This document shows positions 57,567-64,000 of a stretch of DNA of 64,000 nucleotides, piece by piece (the first letter of the stretch is position 1; each line of letters begins with the position of its first letter). Where the stretch lies: assembly GCA_963693365.1 (NCBI GenBank), contig CAVNZM010000002.1:4356259-4420258 (forward strand). Reading direction: 5' to 3'. The translations under genes and the position numbers were made by a program. The notes under the pieces are model-generated. The model saw only the letters and a list, made by a program, of their open reading frames with translations. It was not told the origin of the DNA and made no database searches. The DNA is from Amoebidium appalachense (lineage: Eukaryota > Protista > Ichthyosporea).

Positions 57567-57841
57567 TATAGTTGTGGGTGTAATGGGTGATGCGTGTGGG
57601 AGAGAGTGTGTGTGTTCAGATGAGTGTGTGACTGCCGTATCGGGCTTCATGGCTGGATGGGTAATAAAGGGGCGATGGACCTATGGTTGAATTAAGGGTG
57701 TTGAAGATTAGATGGGATATTGATGGGGTATTGTAGATACGGTGCATTCTCGTAGGGGTGATTAGGTACGGGGGGCTATTACTGACATCTTTCGGCAACA
57801 AGTCAAGGGATGGGGGTGTTCCTTGTTTGTGTTCCCGTTAG

Positions 57842-57892
<51 letters not shown>

Positions 57893-59571
57893 CACACGCT
57901 GTGTGTGTCTGTGTGTGTGTGTGTGATGCTGACTGGTGGGTCAGATGAAGGAGCTAGCACTCAGCAACAGTGCAAGGAAGATGCAGCTTGCTGGGGCCGT
58001 AAGAACTTTCAGAATGGCCCGACACACGGCAACTATGGCAAACGTGGCTCCCCTGCCCCTCACGATACCCCTGCCCCCAAATGCAAGGTGGGTGTGCCGG
58101 TGGATGTAGGGGATTGAGGGATTGGTGTTGTGTGTGCAGGGGTGTGTGTGTGGGTGGGTGTGGAGGGGGGGATGGGGGGGGAGGGGGCTGGGCAATGGGG
58201 ATGGAGAAAGGGAAATGAGAAGCGGAGTTGTCGGGTTGTGTTGTTGCTTAAAACAGAGGGACTAGGTAAACATGTGGCGTGCACCCGCTTATTTTGGTAA
58301 AGCACCTACCTGATGTGGTGATGTATGCCTGCCTAATATGGCTATATGGACACCTGGTAATGTGATGATGTGCACACCTGCCTAATACGTTAAGACGATC
58401 ACCTGCCTACTGTGGTGATATGCACAAGTGCTTACTGTGGTTATATGCACAAGTGCCCACTGTGGTGATATGCACACCTGCCTAATGTGGTGATATGCAC
58501 AAGTGCCCACTGTGGTGATATGCACACCTGCCTAATGTGGTGATATGCACAAGTGCCCACTGTGGTGATATGCACACCTGCCTAATGTGGTGATATGCAC
58601 AAGTGCCCACTGTGGTGATAAGCACACCTGCCTAATGTGGTGATATGCACAAGTGCCCACTGTGGTGATATGCACACCTGCCTAATGTGGTGATATGCAC
58701 AAGTGCCCACTGTGGTGATGTGCACAAGTGCCTACTGTGGTGATATGTACAAGTGCCTAGTGTGGTGATATGCACACCTGCCTAATATGCAATTGCCCAC
58801 CTGTGCAGGTGGCCCAACCCACCGCCAGTGTTGCCATCTGATACTCTGCTGGTGACGGGGCAGGGGGAGGGCCTAGTGAGTGCCGAGGAGAGGCAGCACC
58901 TGGTGGCCGGCAGGGTGGCCTGTCACAGGCGATTGGTGCAGGCACAGTGGGCACTGGCCTGCTGGAGGCTGCATCTGGCTGCTGCATTGTGCAGAGGTGT
59001 GTGTGTGTGTGTGTGCGTGTGTGGGTGTGTGCACGAGCATGTGGGTTTTTGCGTGCACGTACATTTGTGTGTGTGTGTGTGCGCGCGCGCATGTGCATGT
59101 GTCGTGTGAACGTGGATGTGGGTATAGGTGTCCTTGTGCATGTGCGTGTGTCTGGGAACCTGCAGGTGTGTGTGCGCCCGCGTCAGTCCTTTGCAAACTT
59201 GTATTGTGCGGTCACTGGCCCATCCTACTGTGCGAGTGTTTGTGCACAAGTGCTTGTGTGTGTGTGCCGGATTGGAGTACCATTGAATGGCTCTTCTTCT
59301 TCTGTGCACTCAGTCTGTGCATGTCTCCTCGTTGATACTGCCAGTGCACTGCGGCCACCGCCAGCCCCCTCCCCCCCCCCCCCCCCCCCCCACCCCCCAC
59401 CCCCCTGCCGTTTTTCGTTAATGAGGTGAAAGGGTCGAAACTCGGGTACTGTGGATGACTTGGGTTCCCCTTGAGAATGGACTCTGCTTGTAAGGCATAC
59501 TCTTCATGTGTGCTTTTCGATCTGCATTGCATTCTTCGTCCCGAATGTGTACTTTTTACTCTGCAATGCTC

Positions 59572-59608
<37 letters not shown>

Positions 59609-60857
59609 TTTTTTTCTTGCTGATTCTGACCTATGTGCTGCAGTGGCGCCTGTGAGCATGGATGGCAGCAGGCTATTGGTTGGTGGAGGCAGCATGCCCA
59701 GCCAGCCAAGGACCCACAGCCCCATAGATGCTGCCCCCCTGATGCTGGCCGGCCTGCTGGCTACCCTCTGCACCAGCTACCTCGGTACATGGACCCAGGA
59801 GATACCCATATCTTGCCTAGGCATTTTTTTGGTTTCTCTCATACTAGCTTTTTCTTTTTGAATGTGTGTTGGCTTATTCCCCCCCCCCCCCCCCTCCCCC
59901 CCCCCCAACCCTCCGGCGCTTCCCTGATCCATTTATATCCTACTGTTTTCGTGTGTCCCCGCCATCTACCCTCCCCCCACTCTCCCCCTACACACACACC
60001 TCAAATAGGGGTTTCACTCATTTGCATGTTTCCTAAGTTTATACTTCGTACTGGCATCTATTTTCATGTTTTACCTCCCCCCCCCACCCCCCCCCCCCTC
60101 TCCCGCCCCCGCCTCGCCCTCAGGGCTCAGGTGTGCACACGCAAGCACTATATTTGCCTGCTCAACTCTAACCACCCTGTGCACACACCCCCCGCCCGTC
60201 ACATCCACATCCCCCCCCCCCCCCCCCCCACCACCACCACCACCTCTCATTTCACACCCCTTCCATTTGCAGGCACCAGCATGGGGGTGCCTACGGGCCT
60301 GCAGCCGCACTTTGAGCGCGATGGGTCCAGTGTAGGGGCACTGGCAGAGGGGCCAGGCAGCAGTGCACACAGTGCCGCCTTGCGATTGGTGCGATATCAC
60401 GTGGCATGCTTGGCATTGCACCTGCGCCTGCCCGTGCACGTGCACCAGGTACGTGGGTGGGGGGAGGCCATGTTGCACGGGGAGGGGGGGGGGGGGGGGG
60501 GGAGGGGGGTACCTGCAGCTAAGAAATTTCATCACAGTACAATGCATGCCAAACCTAACAGCAACACACCGTATATAGCTACTGCAACTCCAATAGTCAC
60601 ACCTACATGCTGACCGGCTCCATCTACAGCTGGGCCACCTAGGTACCCTTGCAGCCTGCCACGAGGCCCTGCAGCAGCGGCAGCAGCAGGGGGATGTGGG
60701 GTGGGTGCTGGGGGGGGCAGAGCTATCGCAGTGCGAGGAGTACTGGGCACTGGTAGAGGGCGCCGGGGATGGGGCTGGATTGATGGCTAGTGGGGAGGGG
60801 GAGCTGGGTGATAGTGGCGGGTGGGTGGCTGTCGGGGAGGAGGGTTGGGACGAGTAG
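55137..60857 (+). CDS. ATG14/UVRAG(Vps38)-family PI3K-III subunit-like protein. Exons approx. 55137-55247, 55737-55810, ~57084-57183, 57945-58087, 58809-58996, 59644-59783, 60273-60448, 60630-60857
   Basis: N-terminal CxxC..CxxC (CCVCQAPRDTWACASCL), a long coiled coil (LRRRQQVLRQQVEETRRELELE), LAGLLATLCTSYLG..P, AALRLVRYHVACLA, and an acidic W-containing tail. The architecture fits the Atg14 family but the sequence is divergent, and the exon 2-3 junction is uncertain. Confidence 0.65.
55399..55522. repeat. 62-bp tandem duplication in an intron
   Basis: CTCCTGTGTGTCTGCTCATYGAGAGGA...GGCTGTTCCTTGAATGCATT starts at 55399 and 55461. Confidence 0.9.
58300..58790. repeat. 25-bp minisatellite with a 50-bp higher-order dimer
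   Basis: TGTGGTGATATGCACACCTGCCTAA alternates with TGTGGTGATATGCACAAGTGCCCAC. Five near-perfect dimers span 58461-58710, with degenerate edges. Confidence 0.95.
59420..59575 (+). repeat. Dispersed intronic repeat family, copy 2 (partial)
   Basis: GGGTCGAAACTC..GATGACTTGGG..TGAGAATGGACTCTGCTT..GCATACT aligns with 26939-27010. Confidence 0.7.
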
Positions 60858-60871
60858 AGCTCGAGGCGGAA

Positions 60872-60932
<61 letters not shown>

Positions 60933-61851
60933 ATTGGGACGGTAGGGGGATTTAGAGTGCTGTACAGGGTACGAAGTGCACGCATGACGGACAGCACAAT
61001 GCAGATTGCAGAGCGTACACAAAGAGCATGTGCCATAGGTGCACGGACAAATTCAGCCGGATGGCTGTGGTGGATGAGGGTGATTTTTTTTTCTTTCTTT
61101 CTTTTTTTTTTTTTTTTTTTGTGGGGGGGGGGGGGGGGGGGGGGGGTGATCACATGAATGTATGGTGGGTGCTGCATGATTTGCAGCGTCTCTTTTTGGC
61201 CCCGGTGGCCAGCACACGGGGATATTACCAAGGTCGAATGCAGCCAGTGACTGCAGAGAATAAAATGTAGCTACAGCTACCCCTTTTGCCTATGTGCATG
61301 CTGCAATAGCTATGCTATATGTTGGCCGTGTGCATGTTTTTGCCTGCAGGACTCTTGTAGGCACATGGGAGTGCTTGTGTTTTCCTACGTATGTTGCCTG
61401 CTAGCTGTGACATGCAGCTGCACTTGGTGGCAGCCGTGATGCCCATTTGGTGGCTTTATGGTATCCACATGGTGCCTATCTATATGTGGCGCACGTGTGG
61501 TGACTACTGTAAACGGTGCTCATTTGGCCTATATGGTGCCTATTTCCGTATGGTGGCCAACTGGTCTATCCAGCCAATAAAAACATGTGGCACCAAAATG
61601 AAACCAATCATATTCAAGATAAATGCCGCCGGCAAGCCGGAATACGTTTTTATAGATCAAAAAAAAAAAAAGCAGGAATAATATGGTGGCTACGGCTACA
61701 TGCTGGCTTTTTGGTGACTATGTGAAGCCTTCATGAAGCCTGCGTGGTGCCGATCTACACATGGTGGCCTTCTGACATTACCCTAGTGGTGGCTACAACT
61801 ATACCTGGAGCATGTGATATACATGTATCTGCATAGATGCAACCCCACCAC

Positions 61852-62364
61852 CTATAAGTCTGTATGGCCCATTCTATCGGGTGCACAATAATACGGCCGC
61901 AACACCACCCATGCAGTCAACAGCACATTTGCAGCCAGTGACAGCCCCAGTGCACCCACCAGCCACAGGGGGGTACTGTGTGCCTGCACGGTGGAGGGGG
62001 GCAGGGTGGGGGTGGGGGGTTGGTTCGTGGGGGTAGAGGGCAGAAGGAAGGGCCGTAGGGTGTCGAGGAACACGGCGAAGGACTGCTGCGTGCCCTGAAG
62101 TGTGGTGTGAGCACACAGGCACACAAAGACAGATTATGCAGGCAGATACAGGAAACAGGCAGGTATAAAGGCGTGTTAATAAGTGGGACACTTGAGCAAC
62201 TACAGACATGCGCAATAACCGCCATGCACGTGCACATGAAACACACATACAGCATCGCAGGCGCGGACACACACATACAACATTTGCATCCGTGTGGGCA
62301 CAAATGCATACCACACCTTAAGCATACCACGTCACATGTGTTGCTACGCGATACAGAACAGCAG

Positions 62365-62398
<34 letters not shown>

Positions 62399-62516
62399 AC
62401 ACCACCACCACCCCCTAATTCCCCCCCCCTTTCCCCAGACACGCGACACACACACATGCCAACCCGCCCCCATCCTCACCCACCAACCTTCTCTTCAACA
62501 CCTATGCACGCAAATG

Positions 62517-62569
<53 letters not shown>

Positions 62570-62775
62570 TGTGTGCGCTCGTCTCTATGGTCTTAGCCAG
62601 CATGGGCCGCTTGCTGAAGACCACATCCCCACTGACCCTCAGCCGGCAGCGCCTATCAGCCACCCTCCCAATGGCATACTGCAGTCGGATCTCAAACTGG
62701 CTGCCGTATGGCGCCTGGGGGGTCGTCACCACCTTGTCCACAATGTACATGCCCTGTGTGTGCGTGTGTGCGAGT

Positions 62776-62824
<49 letters not shown>

Positions 62825-62942
62825 GAATGTGAGAAAGTATAAGAACACGATGAGAAACATGGTGCAGGGCACATGCGTAACACAAACATGCAAGTATGCA
62901 ACATCAGAAAACTGTAGCATGCAAGCAAAGCCCACTTCGTGG

Positions 62943-62982
<40 letters not shown>

Positions 62983-63346
62983 AAGTCATTGAATGTATCT
63001 CTTTCGACCCCACAACCTCGCATGTGATATTTGTCCGACGAAACCGAGACAACAGCGTCATTCAATGTTTGACGTGACTCGTCTTTATAGGAGGCAAGCA
63101 GGATTGCTTATGTGAGCAACCCGGTGTGTGTGTGTGTGACTGCCAGATCAATGCAGAAGCATCAAAAATGCTGGGGGAGGAGGGGAGGGGGGGGGGGGCG
63201 GGGGGATGAATTAGAGGGTTGGAAGTATGGAGGAGGCATCAAAGGACAACATATTATACGTTACAAAAATGCAAACCCGAAATAAAACTATAAAATGGAA
63301 CAAATGAAAAACATGCAGGTAGGAGGCACAGAGCCCACCATCGGGG

Positions 63347-63379
<33 letters not shown>

Positions 63380-63778
63380 GGGGTTCCTATGCCTCCACAA
63401 AATAATGGGGTTCGACTCTTTGACCTTTCGTGCATGGTTCCCAACCCATACTTTTTTCCTCACGCAGTAGGCATGTCAACCCGTCTAGGCTCAAGACGAG
63501 CAGGGTTGTTCAAGGGGTGCATCAGAATGTGAAGGCAAAAGAAAGGATCTCAAACCAGAACACGACAAAGCCATTAATAATCAATTCCCACTATGACTGT
63601 GCAGCCATGCGCGCACACACCTTTGCCCTTGAGGTGATTGTGTGTGTCTCGTGGCAGGGCATGGCCTTTGTGAGGGCTGTGGCCGGCATGGTGTACATCA
63701 CTTTGCGCTGCTCCGTGCCATCGGGTAGGGCCTGCCATGGCTCCTCACTGTAGGTGGTGTACTGGCGGGCGTCACAGT

Positions 63779-63780
<2 letters not shown>
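61852..63780 (-). CDS. VASt (StART-like) sterol-transfer protein, GRAMD1/Aster/LAM/VAD1-like, 3' part. Exons 63621-~63780, 62568-62753, 61852-62094
   Basis: PWQALPDGTEQRKVMYTMP..CHETHTI..YIVDKVVTTPQAPYGSQFEIRLQYAI..CRLRVSGDVVFSKRPMLAKTIETSA has the VASt signature (TPxxPYGxxF, CxLxV, KxxIE). A C-terminal TM helix follows (LWLVGALGLSLAANVLLTAWVVL). Confidence 0.88.
62822..63157 (-). repeat. Dispersed intronic repeat family, copy 3 (with internal poly-C expansion)
   Basis: Its reverse complement aligns along its length with 26790-27113, interrupted by a 37-nt G run (+ strand 62944-62980). Confidence 0.8.
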
Positions 63781-63857
<77 letters not shown>

Positions 63858-64000
63858 ATAGCGTGTTTGCGCGCGCACGTGTGCTTGGGGGGGGGGGGGG
63901 GGGGGGGGGGGTCAATGAGATGGAGCAACAGATACATGGACACACACTTAGCAAGATGTTTGTCCAAGGGAGACCATTCTTTACCACTCACACGCCCCGG

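Noticed and set aside
55137-63780. Functional clustering of ATG14-like, VASt and SZT2 (autophagy/mTOR theme)
   Set aside because: The genes are interspersed with unrelated ones and show no shared regulatory evidence, so chance is sufficient.
63775-63790. VASt exon preceded by AC rather than AG, as a possible AT-AC intron
   Set aside because: It directly abuts a (CA)n tract where errors are likely, no U12 branch site is visible, and an internal CAG acceptor is available.

Overview
Intron-dense eukaryotic DNA whose introns are packed with poly-G/poly-C and (CA)n tracts, so most long ORFs in the supplied track are repeat artefacts. The gene content suggests a unicellular relative of animals (inference). 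Manual splicing gives seven loci: (1) the 5' part of SZT2 (-); (2) RAD18 (+), head-to-head with SZT2, with an E2F/CCAAT promoter; (3) a decayed RING-TRAF-ZnF-MATH pseudogene (-); (4) a CECR2/RSF1-like DDT-WHIM chromatin protein (+); (5) a ~17-kb gene for a secreted mosaic protein, SP-PAN-PAN-PA14-vWD-C8-EGFx5-unknown domain (-); (6) an ATG14/UVRAG-like gene (+); (7) the 3' end of a VASt (GRAMD1/LAM-like) gene (-). Non-coding features include a TGT...ACA MITE, a dispersed intronic repeat family (3 copies), several minisatellites and two GC-AG introns. The standout observation is an exon in the DDT-WHIM gene that encodes a close match to the BCL9/Legless HD1 (Pygopus-binding) motif, a possible pre-Wnt chromatin-remodelling origin of that module. 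Reference sequences are recalled from memory and need database confirmation.
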